Numbered from the stretch's first letter, positions 30,301 through 44,469 are shown. The stretch: DNA of 64,000 nt from Eledone cirrhosa (GCA_964016885.1 OZ024740.1:117800001-117864000); one strand, 5' to 3'. Notes: a model not told the origin generated them from the sequence alone. Program-made: numbers and translations.

Positions 30301-31449
30301 AACGATCATAAATCAACCATGTACTTTATTATTTATATATTTTTTTTGTCGAAATCTTTTTAGCTTAAAAACCATATTCAAATAAAATGTATATTTTCGA
30401 ATGTCGTTTCAGATGACTATGTTCATTGGCCGTAAATGATTTTGAAATCTAATTCATGTTTGAGAAATACTTGCTTTCTTTTGTTTTGCATTATATAAAC
30501 ACGTATGAGGTTACGAACAGGTAAATATCTTATTCAAGAGCAGTGTGTATCGCTTGTGGTAAGATATGAATGTTGTAACTTTTTAACAAAAAAAAAATAT
30601 ATATATATATATAAATAAATAATCGATGTTTTGTCTCTCCAGCCACGTAGAAATTCTATCATATACATTCTGAATTTTATAAAGATTGTACAATGCCAGT
30701 ATCAAAGAGTTTACACTTCATCTATATTAAAAGTGACTATTTCTATAGACTGGAGGAAATGGTATTAAGAACGATGACCTTTGGTCAACATATTTTGCTT
30801 TTCCGGTGAATCGTTGGGTGCAGATATTGGAATAGCAACTGTTTTTATAAGTTACACTGCGCGTTCAACACAACATTGGGCAGTGAGTGTAAATATTGAA
30901 AAGGATAACTGATTCAACTATATAAAAAGCCTTACAGCTATCTTCAGGTCTTATATAGGATCCACTTCCATCATTATTTCAGAATAAGGAAGAATCACTT
31001 TATTGAAGAAACACTTTATAGAAATATCGATAGAGCTCTTGAAGTCGTCGATATATCGATCTTGTAGACAATGTATTTAGTTCTCCTTTATGAAGGTTGT
31101 TGAATTTCATTACCATTTTGAGTGAGTAAGAAGTATCGATGAAAAAGGTCTATGACCACAAGTTAATATATCGAAACGAGACAAAAGAGATATGCTAGTA
31201 TTAACACAAGAGAATGCTACTCTTTGATATATCTTACAAAACAAAGTATTTTCTTTATATGTGCTTTTGTGGTACTGAATACATCCTTCACGGGAACTCA
31301 CGAACATAATCGGAAGGTATATCTTTATTCCTTCGACGAAAGCTCGCATCTGTTTTATTTTAATATGTTAACTAGTTCTTTCGCATCATTATTTTATTCC
31401 AGCAAGTTTCCTCTATGTCCTCAAATGTGCTTCACTCCTAACTAATCCG

Positions 31450-32950
31450 AAATCCTTAACAGAATCAAAGCTCTATCTTCTGTGCCTATCACTACGCCTT
31501 TCGTAGAACCATATCTACAATTACTCTGATGTCCTGTGTAATTCGTCAGTGATTTTTCACTATTGACAATTTGTTGAAAGTAATGTCGTTGAACTTGACA
31601 TTAGGTCACTTAGCTAAACACTCCAACTATGGGCTCCATCCTTCTTTATTGTCTCGAGTCCTAAAATTCATGTCAGATCGTACCATTGTAGCGTTTCTAG
31701 ACGGTCTCTATCTCAGCAACACCTCATCAACGCTGGTGTTTAAAAATTGGGTTATGGCACACTCACTATTCTTCGTGTACATTAGCAATATACTGGCTGC
31801 TACCTCCAGCTTTTCACATCTATGTAACTAATAGCAGGTCCCAATTCTCCTAAACCTACCACATCTATGTGTTATCCACACCCAACCTTCATGAAACATG
31901 TGATCTTAAAACATAAATAGTGATCTTAAAACAATCTTTGATGGGGCGACATAACAGATTTGGAAATATTTTCCAACGAGGATATACTGATGTTGCTTCC
32001 CCTGAATGTATGAATAATTCTTGCTCTCTTTGTTCTACTTTCCCTTCTTTTATTGTCCTCCTCTCCCTGCTAGTTCTCCTTAGTCTCCATTTCTTCTCAT
32101 TGCTCTCCTTTTTCTCTCTAATCCCATTGCTCCTATAACTCTCGCCACTCCCTTTGCTCTCTTTGCCCTGCTTTCCTTCTTAGAGCAAGGAGTGAAGGGA
32201 GACAAGTATGTAGATCAAGGAGAACTAGCACAGAATTGAGAGTAATAAGAGTAAGGAGTGAAGGGAGTGAATGGAGAGCAAATAGAGCAAGGAGAGCAAG
32301 CTGTGAAAGGAGAGCAAGGAGAGCAAGGAGAGCAAGGAGAGCAAGGAGTGAATGGAGAGCAAGGAGAGCAAGGAGAGCAAGAAGTGAAGGGAGTGTAAGG
32401 AGAGCATTGACAGCAAGGGTAGCAAGGAGTGAAGAGAGAGCAAGGGGTGCAAGGAGAAAAAGAGGTGAATGGAGAGAAAAAAGAGCAAGGAATAAAGGGT
32501 GAGTAATGAGAGAAAGGAGTGAAGAGAGAGCAAGGAGAGCAAGGAGAGCAAGAAGTGAAGGGAGAGTAAGGAGAGCAAGGAGTGAATGTAGACCAAAGAA
32601 AATAAGGAGCGCTAGCAGGGAAAGGAGAGCAGGGAGCTGCACACCAAGAAGCAATTTCTAACCCACACTCACTAATACTAGATAATATGCAATGAAATCC
32701 CTCAACGTCAATAAAAATACTTGGTGATCTCACACACGAAATAGCAAAATCTGCATCCCAGTCCAGCCACCCTTTCTAAAATTAGAAATTATTTGAGACA
32801 GGAAAAGTCGCTAACGCTTTAGGAACCTCAAGTGAGAACCTGTAATGGAACGTCGCTGCTACTACACGCAAAAAATATTTTCAATATGAAAGCAATCTAA
32901 CTGACTGGCAACATCTCATTCACCATTACTTTATCTCACAGTTGTGTTGT
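31450..32950 (+). mobile_element. Old jockey/CR1-like LINE RT remnant interrupted by a minisatellite
   Basis: YGLHPSLLSRVLKFMSDRTIVAFLDG...LFFVYISNIL resembles RT segment YG...L.WI.SFLSDR.I.V.VDG...LF..YINDLL; downstream fragments after 32650 are weak. Confidence 0.5.
32020..32640. repeat. 9-bp-based minisatellite (GGAGAGCAA)n with an inverted pyrimidine-rich 5' part
   Basis: GGAGAGCAA/GGAGTGAA units at 32181-32640; TTGCTCTC-type units at 32020-32180. Confidence 0.85.
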
Positions 32951-33000
32951 CCCAGTAGAAGTAGAAGTAGTAGCAGCAGCAGCAGCAGCAGCAGCAGTAG

Positions 33001-33028
33001 AATAATAATAATAATAATAATAATAATG
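33001..33028. repeat. (AAT)n tract, left boundary of the array and 3' tail of Tx1 copy 1
   Basis: Read directly; preceded by (AGT)/(AGC)n at ~32954-33000. Confidence 0.95.
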
Positions 33029-33306
33029 ATTTCATTTATTAACCACAAGGGCCGACATGTAGGGGACAATACAAAGACAAGGACAGCGGGGGTTTACAAT
33101 AAGGTCGAGTAAAAGTGCACAATGGCAAGACTAATTTAACAATGAAAATATAAAAATATAAAATAAACTATGCATAAATACAACAAAATAAATTCCCCGA
33201 TAGGGGGTGGACGACCGTGGGGTGACTCGGGTACCCCACCAATCCTGAACCACCCTGCGCTTCTATGGCACCCAGGGAGAGCACCCCTCTCCTCAAGTTC
33301 TCTAGC

Positions 33307-36300
33307 CTATAGGCGCATGGTCAGAGTAGGCCCATTCACACGAGCCATTCTCGCCACATTCACCCACCTTTTAGCAAATGTACTGGGGGGCAGCACTTCT
33401 CTCTCCACCCTCACCTTCCTTTCCAGGTGAAACTTGAAGAAGTTGATGAGGGATTGGCCGAAGAGAAAAGTATCTGTCTTCAGTCCTTTTAACCTGGTCC
33501 ACCATATAACCTCTTTCGCAACTGCCACCAGGCAGAGGAAAATTTCCTGCTCTTCCTGACCTAAAGAAGGCGGTGGATCGATCTTCACTATGGACTCGGC
33601 CGATAGCCGGATTCGTTCAACACGCGACAGTAGCTGTTCGACATAACTCCACAAGTCAGTAATGCACGGACATTGGACAAGAGCGTGCAGAACGGTTTCG
33701 TCGTTCTGTGCGCATCTTGGCCAGGTCCGTCTGACAGCACTTCAGTGCCTGTAGAGTTTATCCCAAACCGGCAGTGCCCCCGGTAGCACTGCCAAGCGAG
33801 GGATTTCTGGAAATTGTCCATCGTCCCCGGCTCAAAAGTCCTCCGGTACAGACTGGTCAGTTCGACTTCGTCGCGGCCCAAAGCTTCTCCGAGTGCGTCA
33901 TCGCACTTGCCCACCACTAATCCTCTATAGAACTCGAGAGTGGAAGTTCCACTGATCGCATTGACCGCTTGGTAGAGGGCAGTGAGTGCCTGGCAACATT
34001 CCAGGTGCCAGTCACCCAGTCTCGGTCTCTTCTTGACCCAGGACTGCAGCTCAGTCAAAGAAATGAGCTGCGGAAAGGCCCGTCTGATAAACGGCGACCA
34101 CACCTGTTCACCGTTGAGGCAGAATATCTGGAGATGTCACAGCCTCAACGCATGACTGCGCATCATTAGCCACGGCATGCCCAGCCCTCCGCGTAGAGGG
34201 TACTGGCAGCAGATGGACCGCCTCACCAACGGAACTTGTCCTCTCCACAAGAATTTGAAGAGGAGCCTTTCCAACTTGACGAGGCGCGGACGGGGGCAAG
34301 GCACGACGGTCAGGCGGTAGTAGATGACGGACGTGATGTACGCTTTCGCCACCTCCGCGCGACCTTTCAGTGATAGCTTCCTCCCAGCCCATTTTTGGGT
34401 GAGACTGGCTACTCTGCTCGTTACCTCGTCCCAATTCTTTTCCACCTGGAGGTCTGGTCCGAACCAAACCCCGAGCAACTTTACCGGTCCGTCCGTCCAG
34501 CTCCCCACGAAGCTGTTGGACGGCATGGGCTTACTTCTCCAGGTTCCGAGCTGCAAGCCCACCGACTTTTCGGGGTTAAGTTTGGCTCCTGTCAACCTTT
34601 CATATTCCTTCAATAAGGTGCCGACCACCTCGCTTTCTGAGGTGTTCGAGACCATCACGGTGATGTCGTCCGCATAAGCCGGCACCGACTTTCCACGTCC
34701 CGGTTCGAGCGGGATGCCCTGCAACAGCTCCAGCTTCCGCAGTAAAGGCTCGAGAGTCAATACGTACAGAAGGGAAGAGAGAGGGCACCCTTGACGGACC
34801 GATCTGGAGAGCCGAAATGGTTCCGAGAGGTGGCCATTAACCTTGACCCCTGAGCGTGTGCCGCTGTGCATTTCAGCGATCTAGCTTCTGAAGACAGGGC
34901 CGAAGCCAGCTGCTTTGAGGACAAACTCCAGATACCAATGGTCAACCCCATCGAATGCTTTCGATTGATCTAAATTGATCAGTGCCCTACCGAAGTCAGG
35001 TTTACACCCTACCCTCTCTATGATGTATCGCATGAGGTGGAGATTGTCGTGTATGGACCTGGCTGGGATTGTGCAAGTTCTCGTGTTCTCGTCTTTCCTT
35101 ATCAGCGTCACCATTCCCCTGATCACAGAACTGGGAATACTCCCATTCTGCTGCCAGTTGCAGTAAAGTGCTTCGAGGAGTTCAGAGAACAAGTGTGGCA
35201 TATTTGCGTAAAGCTCGTAGGGAAGGCCATCCAAACCTGGTGACTTGCGCCTTATGCAGCCGACAAGGCCGTCCTGAATTTCGGCTGAAGTAATCGGCCT
35301 TTCGCAGCGCTCAGCGTCGACCGTCGAGATGCGCGGCAAGCCGTCAAGATAGGGACTGAAATCCGCTACTCTCTCTGACTCGCCACTCTCCCCGAACAAC
35401 CGAGCAAAGTGCTGGCGAAAGGCCTCACACATCCGCTTGGAATCGCTTATCTCGTGTCCGTCTCGGTCCGCCAAAGACCAAATTGTGGTTTTATTACCAC
35501 GCTGCGCCTCCGCCACGCGGGCCCATCGAACAGCTTTGGTTCCCTCGTTTCTCAGCTCACGCGCCTTAGCTCTGACAATGCAACCTTCGTGTTTCGCATT
35601 GAAGAAATGGTCTAATGCCATTCTCGCCGCTAGCACGCCAGTTGCAATGCCACTACAAATAGCTTCGTCTAACTTATCTACCAACTCCCCCTCCTTTCTA
35701 TTTTCTCTAACGCTAGTTCTTTGCTGAACTCTATCGAAGTTACTCTAATCTCTCTTTTGAGAGCCCCCCACCATCTGTTGTTGATGATCTCCCCTGTCAA
35801 CTTTTGCTTAACAAAATTGTTGACTCGGTCCCTGTAAGCCTTACGTGGCGGAAATGACATGTTCAGCTTCCAGTAACCCGGTCCTAACCTACGCGTTTTA
35901 TCTAGGTCGACCGTACAGATCACAAATTTGTGATCTGAATAGGCGACCATTTTAAAAAGTGGGCAGCCCACACTATTTCTATCTATTTTCCTAATGAAGA
36001 TCCTGTCTATATACGATCTAGATGACCCCATTCGGTTGGTCCATGTCCACATTGGCACATTGGGGAAATCTAGTCGATACCTGTCAGACAGTTGGAACTG
36101 GTTGAGTAGGTGCTTGATGCTTTTGCACACCCCGTTCCTATCGGCTACTCCCACACAATCCCAGCGTGCGTCTAAGATGCCATTCCAGTCCCCCGCTAAT
36201 AGTAAAGGGAGAGACGTACGCAGAAGGGTCTCCAGGCGCATAAAGAAGTCCGGTCGTCCGGCCCCTGTAGGGGCGTAGACGGCCAGCAGTCTAAAGGCAC

Positions 36301-36598
36301 GACCTTCGCTACTGTTCACATCCAAGACCACCAACTTACCATCCGGGTCCCGGAAGATCGACATTACCTCGAGATCCAGTCCTTTCCTAAACAGCACTGC
36401 CACCACCCCCCATTCCCGGTCTGCTAACAGATGCGAAGATCTGATAGTCGTCGAAAATGGGGGCTAGTGCGCGCGTGTCGGTCTCGCTGACGGCAATCAC
36501 ATCATTTCCAGCGACCTGAGGTCGTTGAACAGGCGACCCTGCTTCCAGGGTGACCCCAGGCAGCGAACATTTAAACTTCCTACTCTTAATATGGCCAT
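33307..36598 (-). pseudogene. Tx1 family 1 ORF2 (APE endonuclease, reverse transcriptase, C-terminal zinc finger; frameshifted, internal deletion)
   Basis: MAILRVGSLNVRCL start, VYAP, GDWN, SYIDRIF, YSDHK, GPGYWKLN, KSPGLDGLPYE, LDQSKAFD, RQGCPLSSLLY, YADD, GGLGMP. Confidence 0.92.
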
Positions 36599-36627
36599 AT
36601 TGGTAAGCTAAGAGAGAGAGGGAAGGT

Positions 36628-38609
36628 TTACTTACCTCCTGGGGTCTTGTGAAGGTCGGGTTGTTCGACCTCCATGGTTGGTGGAGTTTCTTTTGGGAAC
36701 CCCTTTAAAAGTCTTGATGTGGGTTTCACATTCGGGGTTCCCACGTCTTGAGGAAAGCTCTCTGGAATTTCTTTGAAGGAATTGAGTGACATTCGAACCA
36801 GAAGCAAATCTTCTGGCACGCAAAATGTGCTCATTTCAAAAATCCCCCCCTCTGTTTGAATGTCCTCGCTTCGTGCTAAGAGGGCCATCAGTTTATCGTT
36901 GGCCCTTCTGACAAGCACGAACATTTTTACATTTTGTTGGTGTGGTTTTATTTGTTTTCGTTTTGGTGACTGTGGTAGTGATGGTTTTGGTGGTGTTGTT
37001 TCGGGTATGTCTGTGTTTGTTGGAGGTGTGGTGTCAGCAATTTCAGGTATTTGTATGTTTGTTTGTACTAGTGTTTGTTTAGGTTGTTTGCGTTTCGGGG
37101 ATTGTGGAGGTGGTGTCGATGTTGCTGTTGGTGATGATGTTATTGGGGAAGTGTTTGCGTTAGTGGTGCCTGTATTTTTTGTTGTGTATGTTTTTGTGTT
37201 TTGTTGGGGCTTTTTTTGCGAGTTTTCTGTGTTTGTTTTGCACTTTTGGGTTTCCTTCATCTTCGCTGCTGGAAGACAAAGGGTCTGTGGCTGTGAGTGT
37301 CTCTGTGTCTGTGTGTGCGTTTATTGTTTTGTCTATGTGTATAATTGGGGGGTAGGGGGAGTGGGAGGGCTTTCCTCATTTTCCTCTTGGATTGGTTTTG
37401 GTGTTGGTGGGGATCCGGCTGTTTTTGATGTTGGTGTTCGTGTTTTTGTTGGTGTTGTTTTTGGTGGTGGTGGTGGTGCAGCTTTCCGTGCTGACACTGG
37501 CGTTGGCAACAAAGGAGGTTTGTGACCCCCTGCATTTTTGCGCTGAGGGCAGAAGGCTTGCAGATGCATTGCTTCCCGCAGACGAAGCAGCGTGGCCTTC
37601 TTCTGTCAATGATTAGTTGGATTATTGTCCCGTCCTGCAGGCGGGCAAAATCCGGGATGTTGTTCATGTCCTCCGGTTTCATTTGGAGAAGAATCTCCAA
37701 ATCCATTCCGGACCAGTCCTCTCTCTCTGTCCTTTTGATATCCAGGAGGGTAGTGTCTGTCCCCTCCTCGATTACGCATCCCAGCAGCCACCATATGTTC
37801 ATTCCTGGTGGGATGCTGGGAATGCGTACCTTTACTGTCCTTTTACCCATGTAGGACGGATGCATGTTAATGAGTTCCGTTCTGCCGGGGGCCACCGAGT
37901 GCTTAATAGCGAGGGCCTCAATTTTGAACAGTACCGATAATGCCGAACTGTTTGCCTCTTGCTTCGTACTCTATGTTACTTCCGATGTACTCCAAAGCAG
38001 CCTCGACCTCTGCTTGGCTAGCAAGTTCCACTTTTCGTGTCTGGACCGAAATGCATCGAAAGAACACCGTCCTCCTTTGCATGGCCGCTATTGCCTCGTC
38101 CGGGATGGTCAGGTTTGCCCAGGACTTCTCCCGTTTAATTAGCCTCCACGCTTGTGCCAACTGTTCTTCTTTATCGCTAATATCAATATCAATATTCAAT
38201 AAGCGCTTTGTTTTGCTGTTGCTGCAGCAAATGTGGTGCTTCTGATGCTCTTGTTGTTGGTGTTGTCATTCTTGTTGTTGTTATTGGTGTTGTTGTTGTT
38301 GTTTTGTTTGTTGATGCTGTTGCCACAACCATCCGTGTTTACATTGAAGCTGTCGGTGTTATTGTCGTTATTGCTCTGAGTTGTTGTTGTGGTGGTGGTG
38401 GTGGTGGCGGTGGTAATGATGTCGTTTGCAGATGATACTGCTGCTATCACAGAAGGTTGTGATGGTAGCTTTTTAGTTTTGCCTTCACATCCAGTAGAGT
38501 GGATGACAGGCATGACTGTAGCCGTTGTAGTCGTGGTGAAATCTACAGTGGCTGCCTTTAAACTTTTGACATGAACGTTGTTTACCGTTTCAAGGTCGAA
38601 CATTTCCAT
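36628..38609 (-). pseudogene. Tx1 family 1 ORF1 (frameshifted; T/N-rich N-terminus, zinc knuckle, P/T-rich C-terminus)
   Basis: ORF pieces 38196-38609, 37918-38199, 37257-37895, 37333-37569 and 36628-37260; RRPRCFVCGKQ / HLQAFCP is a split CX2CX4HX4C. Confidence 0.8.
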
Positions 38610-38831
38610 AATTTTTTTTGGTGGGGAAGCGATTTTTTTCGAAGTTTTTAAAAAATAAATCTGAATATTGGGGCTTAAAGCCCGAATATTGAGAGGTATC
38701 CCTCTCTTTAAATCAAGATCTATACCTTAAGTTTCGTTAACGACAAGAAAATTAAAAAAATGACACGTTAAAACAGTTTAAAGTTACGAACCTTTCCCAC
38801 GCAGATTTGTAGTCTTCACACATGTGCGGCC

Positions 38832-38870
<39 letters not shown>

Positions 38871-38884
38871 CAATTAATAACAAT
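38832..38884. repeat. (AAT)n spacer between Tx1 copies 1 and 2
   Basis: Read directly. Confidence 0.95.
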
Positions 38885-39131
38885 GCTTTCTTTATTAACC
38901 ACAAGGGTTTACATAAAGTAGACATTAAGGACAGTACAGGACAATACAGGACGGTACAAATGGGCATTTCTGCGTGTAAAAAAAACAGAGGATGTAATAA
39001 AAAAATAACAATGAAAAATTCCCCAATAGGAGGGAGACTTCCGAGGGACATTTGTGGAGAAAGCCCATTAAAAGGCCACAGTGACCCTGACCACCAGGGC
39101 AAGTGCTCTCTCCCAGTTTTCCACGTTTAAT

Positions 39132-42100
39132 TTACAGACACATAATCAGGGCCATACTTGCTTCTCTCACACATCTTTCAACAAAATGCTGGGAAGAGAG
39201 CACTTCTCTCTCTACTCTTATTTTCCTTTTCAAATGAAATTTGAAAAAGTTAATTAGGGCATCACCGAAGAGGTAAGTGCTCGTCTTCAGCCCTTTCAAA
39301 CGTGTCCACCATACTATCTCTTTCGCCATGGCCACCAGACAGATAAAAACTGACTACCCTTACCGGCTAAAGGAAGAGGACGGGGCAATCCTCACGATAG
39401 ACTCAGCTGATAGCTGGATCCGTCCGATACGTGACAGCAGGTGTTCGACATAAACCCACAAGTCAGCAATGCTCGGACACTCGACGAGTGCGTGCAGGAC
39501 TGTTTCGTCGCCCTGCGCGCATCTCGGACATGCCCGGCTGACGGCACCTCCATGCCTGTAGAGTTTATCCCGAACTGGCAAAGCTCCTAGGTAGCATTGC
39601 CAGGCCAGGGATTTCTGGAAGTTGTCCTTAGGCCTCGGCCCGAAAGTCCTTCCGAAGAGATTGGCTAGTTTATTTTCGTCAACGCCTAGAGTTTCTCCAA
39701 GTACGTCGTCGCTCTTCCCATCCACTAATCCTCTATAGAACGCCAAGGTGGAGTTTCCACCGATCACATTGCCCGATTGGTCGAGAGCTGTGAGCGCCTG
39801 AAGACATTCCAGTCTCCAAGCGCTCCCTCTCGGCCCTCGATTGACCCAGGACTGCAGCTCCGTCAAGGAGACGAGCTGGGGAAATACGTGTCTAGCAAAC
39901 GGCGACCACACCTGATCACCGTCGAGGAAGAGGTGGAGATATCGTAGCCTGAGCGCGTGTCTGCGCATCATCAGCCACGGCATGCCCAGCCCTCCACGTA
40001 GCGGGTGTTGACAGCAGATGAAACGCTCCAGCGCAGTCAGGCGGGGCTTAGGACAAGGTACGACGGTCAGGCGGTAATAGATGACGGACACGATGTACGC
40101 GTTAGCCACCTCCGCTCGACCTTTCAGGGATAGCTTCCTCTCCGCCCATTTCTGGGTGAGAGAAGCCACCAGGCTCGTTACCTCGTCTCAGTTTTTGTCC
40201 GTCTGGAGGTTCGGACCGAACCAGACCTCTAGCAATTCAATCGGTCCGTCCGTCCAGCGTCCGACGATGCTGTTGGACGGCATGGACCTGCCTCTCCAAG
40301 TGCTGAGCTGCAGGCCCACTAACATTTCCTTATTGATCATTGCTCCTGTCACCGCTTCGTATTCTCTTAGTGTAGTGCCGATCGCCTCGATGTGTTTGGC
40401 GTTCGACACCACTACGGTGACATCGGCCGCATATGCTGACACGGATCTTCCGCCTCCTAGTTCGCGCGGGACGCCCCTCAACGTCTCCAGTTTGTGCAGT
40501 AATGGCTCGAGAGTACAAGAGGGACGAGAGGTGACATCCTTGGCGGACCGAGCGCATGATGTTGAACGGTTCCGAAAGGTGACCGTTCACTCTCACCACA
40601 GAGCAGAAGTCGTTGTGCATGGCAGCGATCCAGCCTCTGAAGACGGGCCGAAAGCCAGCCGCCCTCAGGACTGCCGCTAGGTAACGATGGTCGACCCTAT
40701 CGAAAGCTTTCGACTGATCTAAATTGATCAAGGACCCACCCGTGCCAGGTTCTCTAGCTACCACCTCTACGATGTATCGCACGAGGTGGAGATTGTCGTG
40801 GATGGATCTGTCGAGAATGGCGCATGTCTGCGCCTCTCCCACCAGACCACAAGCGAGAAACTCTTTGCTAGCACCGTGGCCAAAATCTTGAACTCTGTGT
40901 TTAGCAGAGTTATGGGCCTGAAATTATCTATGTTATCCCCCTTGTTCGGATCCTTTTCTCAGCAGTGCCACCACTCCTCGGCTCACAGAGCTGGGAATTC
41001 TCCCGTTCTGTTGCCAGTTACAGTAGACGTCCGTCAACAGGCTTTAGAACAAATCTGGCATCTGTACATAAATTCATAGGGCAGACCATCCAAACCAGGC
41101 GATTTACCACTTGTGCAGCCAGTCATTGCTTCCCGTACTTCAGCGGCTGTTATCGGCTTTTCGCAACACTCCGCCTCCGTGGCTGAGAGCCGCGGCAATC
41201 CATCGAGGTAGACACTAAAGTTCATCCCTCGATCCGGCCCGCCGCTGCCCCCGAACAGCTGGGCGATGTGTCGCTGGAAAGCTTCACACATTTGCCCGGG
41301 ATCGAGTAGCATGCGCCCGTCGTGGTCCACCAAAGATCGGATCGTGGCTTTGTTGCCACGACGCGCCTCCGCCACTCGGGCCCATTGAACGGCTTTCGTC
41401 CCCTCGTGTCTGAGAGCACGCACCGTAGCTCTGACAACACAGCCTTCGTGCTTTGCATTGAAGAATTGGTCAAGGGCCAATTTCGCCGCAAGTACGTCGG
41501 TCGCGATGCCTTTGCTAAGCGCCTCGTCTAATTGTCTAACTAATTCTCCCTCTGCTCTATTTTTCTCTATTGCTAAAGACTTACTAAACCTAATCGATTC
41601 TATTCTAATTGCTCTTTTCAGAGCAAACCACCACTTGTTGTTGACGATGGCCTCCGTCAACGCCCGCTTAACTAGTTCGCTAATCCGGTCTCTGTAGGCC
41701 TTGCGCGCTGGTAAGGACGCGTTTAGCTTCCAGTAGCCGGATCCTCGTCAATTAAGCCTATCTAAGTCAAGCACACAGATCACGAATTTGTGGTCCGTGT
41801 ACCTGACTATCTTGAATTGTGGACAGCCTATGTTAGACCTATCTATTTCCCTACAAAATACTCTATCTAGATATGATCTGGATGACCCTATGCATTTTGT
41901 CCAAGTCCACATTGGCACATTCTGGAAATCCAATCAGTACCTGTCAGACAGTTTAAAACGCTTGAGCAGGTTGGCGAGACTCTTGCACCCTCCTCCCCTA
42001 TCCGCTAATCTCACACAGTCCCAGCGTGCATCTAAGATCCCGTTCCAGTCGCCCACTAACACTAAAGAGCGGGACGTTCCAAGAAAGGTCTCCAGACGCC

Positions 42101-42469
42101 GGAAGAAATCAGGCCGCCCTGCTCCTGTCGGGGCATAGACGGCCACTAGCCTGAAAGCTTGCCCATCTCCGCTGGTCACGTCCAGCACCACCAACTTACC
42201 CTCTGGATCCAGGAAGATGGCCCGTATGGCGAGATCCAAACCTCTCCGAAAAAGCACAGCAACTCCTCCCCCGATCCAGGACGGTTGGGAGATGCGTACA
42301 CATCGTAGCCGCCGAACATCGGTGCGAAGGCCCGTGCTTCGGAGATTCTGGTCTCGCTGATGGCCACTACAACTATGTTTAGTGACCTGAGGTCGTTGAG
42401 CAGGTGACCCTGCTTCCATGACGACCCCAAGCCACGCGCATTTATGCTGCCTATTCTGAGTGAGGTCAT
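39132..42469 (-). pseudogene. Tx1 family 2 ORF2 (APE-RT-CCHC; frameshifted)
   Basis: MTSLRIGSINARGL, ISET, VYAP, GDWN, SYLDRVF, YTDHK, KSPGLDGLPYEF, LDQSKAFDRV, RQGC, YAAD, CPRC..DETVLHALVECP. Confidence 0.92.
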
Positions 42470-42546
42470 GTTAAAATGGAGTGGAAAAGATGGGTAAGAC
42501 CACTTACCTTACTTCTCGTAGAGGAAGGACGGTTTCTCCACCCTTT

Positions 42547-44469
42547 TCACGGTTTGGTGGCCTCCCCCGGAAGGATGTTCTTATAAATCCTCCTGGAGAG
42601 TGCTTGTCGGAAGTCTCCGATGTCTTTGGGGAATTTTTGTTTTAGTGTCATGTACGTTTTCTGTGTGATGCGAGTGATTTGTATGTGTGGAGGTGGTGTG
42701 AACTTTTGGGTTGTTGTGTAGTCTTTTTCTGTGATGCTGGTGTTGTGTTGGATGTAATGTAATAATTGTTTGTTGTTCAAATTTAATGCTGTGTAGTGTG
42801 TATCGTTTAGGTTGTTTTGTTTTGTTTGTGTTTGTTGTGGGTTTGTTTCTGTTTCGAGACTTTTGTGGTGTAGGTGATGGTGGTGTTGGGGTTAATGATG
42901 GTGATGGTGTTGGTGTTTGGGGTGATGGGGTTGGTGATGCTGGTGTGGATGGTTGCATATCTGTCCTAACTTTTTTGTTTGATAGTTTATTTGTTTCTCT
43001 CTGCATTTTGTTTTTGGAGGGGGGAAGGAAGAGTATTTTTTCTTTTTTGGTTTCTTTTTTGGTTTCTTTTTTTCTTTTTTCCAGATACCGTTTCCCACTC
43101 CTCGCCGTCACTATCTGTCTCCAGTTGTGATAGGCCGGGGAGTGAAAATCCTCCACAGGCGTTAGTTTTGGTTGTGGCGTGGTGGATGGTGTAGGCGCTG
43201 GTGCTAGTTCTGGCGCGTTGGGTGGTGGTGGTGTTGGCTTTGCTACTGTTGCTTGGGTTGTTGCTGTTACAGTTGCTTCTGTTGTTGCTGCTACAGTTGT
43301 TGCTGCCATCTCTGCTGCTGGTGGTGTTGATGGTTGAGTCACTGGGGTGGGTAGGAGAGGTGGCCTCAACCTTTTAGCCTGAGGGCAGAAAGCCCGTAGG
43401 TGGGTTCCTTCACCACAAACGACACACCTAGGCCTTCTGCCCTCGACAATTACGCTGAGGTGACTGCCGTCAGTGAGGTCTATTACCTCTGGGATCTCCT
43501 CAATGATTTTTTCGTCCGCTTGGATCAGGAGCTCCATCCCAGATCCGGACCAGTTCTCCTACTTTTCTTTCGCTATTTCGATTATCTTGGTGTTGGCTTC
43601 GATGCCGGCGAGGACGGTAGCTATTAGCCAGGGAATTTCGATGGCCGGTGGAACGTGGGTGACCCTGATCTTTACGAGTCTCTGGCAACAATAGCTTGGG
43701 ACGAGTGTGAAGTCGTCACTTCTTAATGGGGCCATGGAGTGTTCTCTAGCCTCCTGTGGTGTTTCAAAGAACACGTCCACGGTTCCATACTTCTGCCCAC
43801 GTCTGATGTGGGATTTTTTTGCCCACACATGTCCCAAAGCTTTTTGGATTTGTGACTCGGATGCCCGTTCAACTCGGCGCGATTTTATATTAATTGTTCG
43901 ATAAGACAAGGTGCATAGGCGCCGATGCTCCATTTTATTAGGGGGGTGGGGTGGGGGGTGGGTGAGGCTGACCCTGTACCCATCTTTCTTTACCATTTTT
44001 TTGGCTTCTTCTAATTCCTCCTGAGTTACCTGAAATGCTTCGCACTGTTTTGCTACTCTGGCAAAACTCAGGGTGGTTTTCTTAATGTCATTGTTGCTGT
44101 TGTTGTTATCGTTATTTTTGTTTTTATTAATTTTAGTTTCAGTTGTGGTGGTGGTGGCGTCAGTTGTGTTCGGTGTGGAAAAGTTCATTTTGGTTGAATT
44201 CATTTCGATATCACGAGTTAATTAATTTTTTCTTTTGTTTCTGTTGTCGCGGTGGTGGTGGGGATGGGGGTTGTCGCGGTGGTGGTGGTGGTGGCGGCTT
44301 TAACACCTGCAGTCATTGGTAATGGCGGGAAATGAATGTCTGCCTGAGACAAATTTAAAATATTGCTACTGCTTATATTTTTAGTGTTGGCAAACGTAGT
44401 AATATTTCCAATGGTGGTGTCGGTGTGAGTTGTTAGTTTGTGAGAAAGGAGTGACTCTGAGTCAGCCAT
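42547..44469 (-). pseudogene. Tx1 family 2 ORF1 (frameshifted)
   Basis: Pieces 44218-44469, 43559-44203, 42581-43537 and 42547-42780; intact knuckle RRPRCVVCGEGTHLRAFCP. Confidence 0.82.

Larger units (their letters stand above)
33029..38831 (-). mobile_element. Full-length, mutated Tx1/L1-clade non-LTR retrotransposon, family 1
   Basis: ~220-nt 5' UTR starting right after (ATT)n, ORF1, ORF2 (APE-RT-CCHC) and a 3' UTR ending CCCTTGTGGTTAATAAA...(ATT)n. Confidence 0.92.

Noticed and set aside
30413-30520. Exon-like segment with an AG acceptor and a CAG|GTAAAT donor
   Set aside because: It has stops in all three frames and no further support.
32133-32733. Leu-rich, PCS-repeat and Arg-rich ORFs resembling membrane, keratin-associated or protamine proteins
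   Set aside because: All are frames of a 9-bp minisatellite embedded in a LINE remnant.
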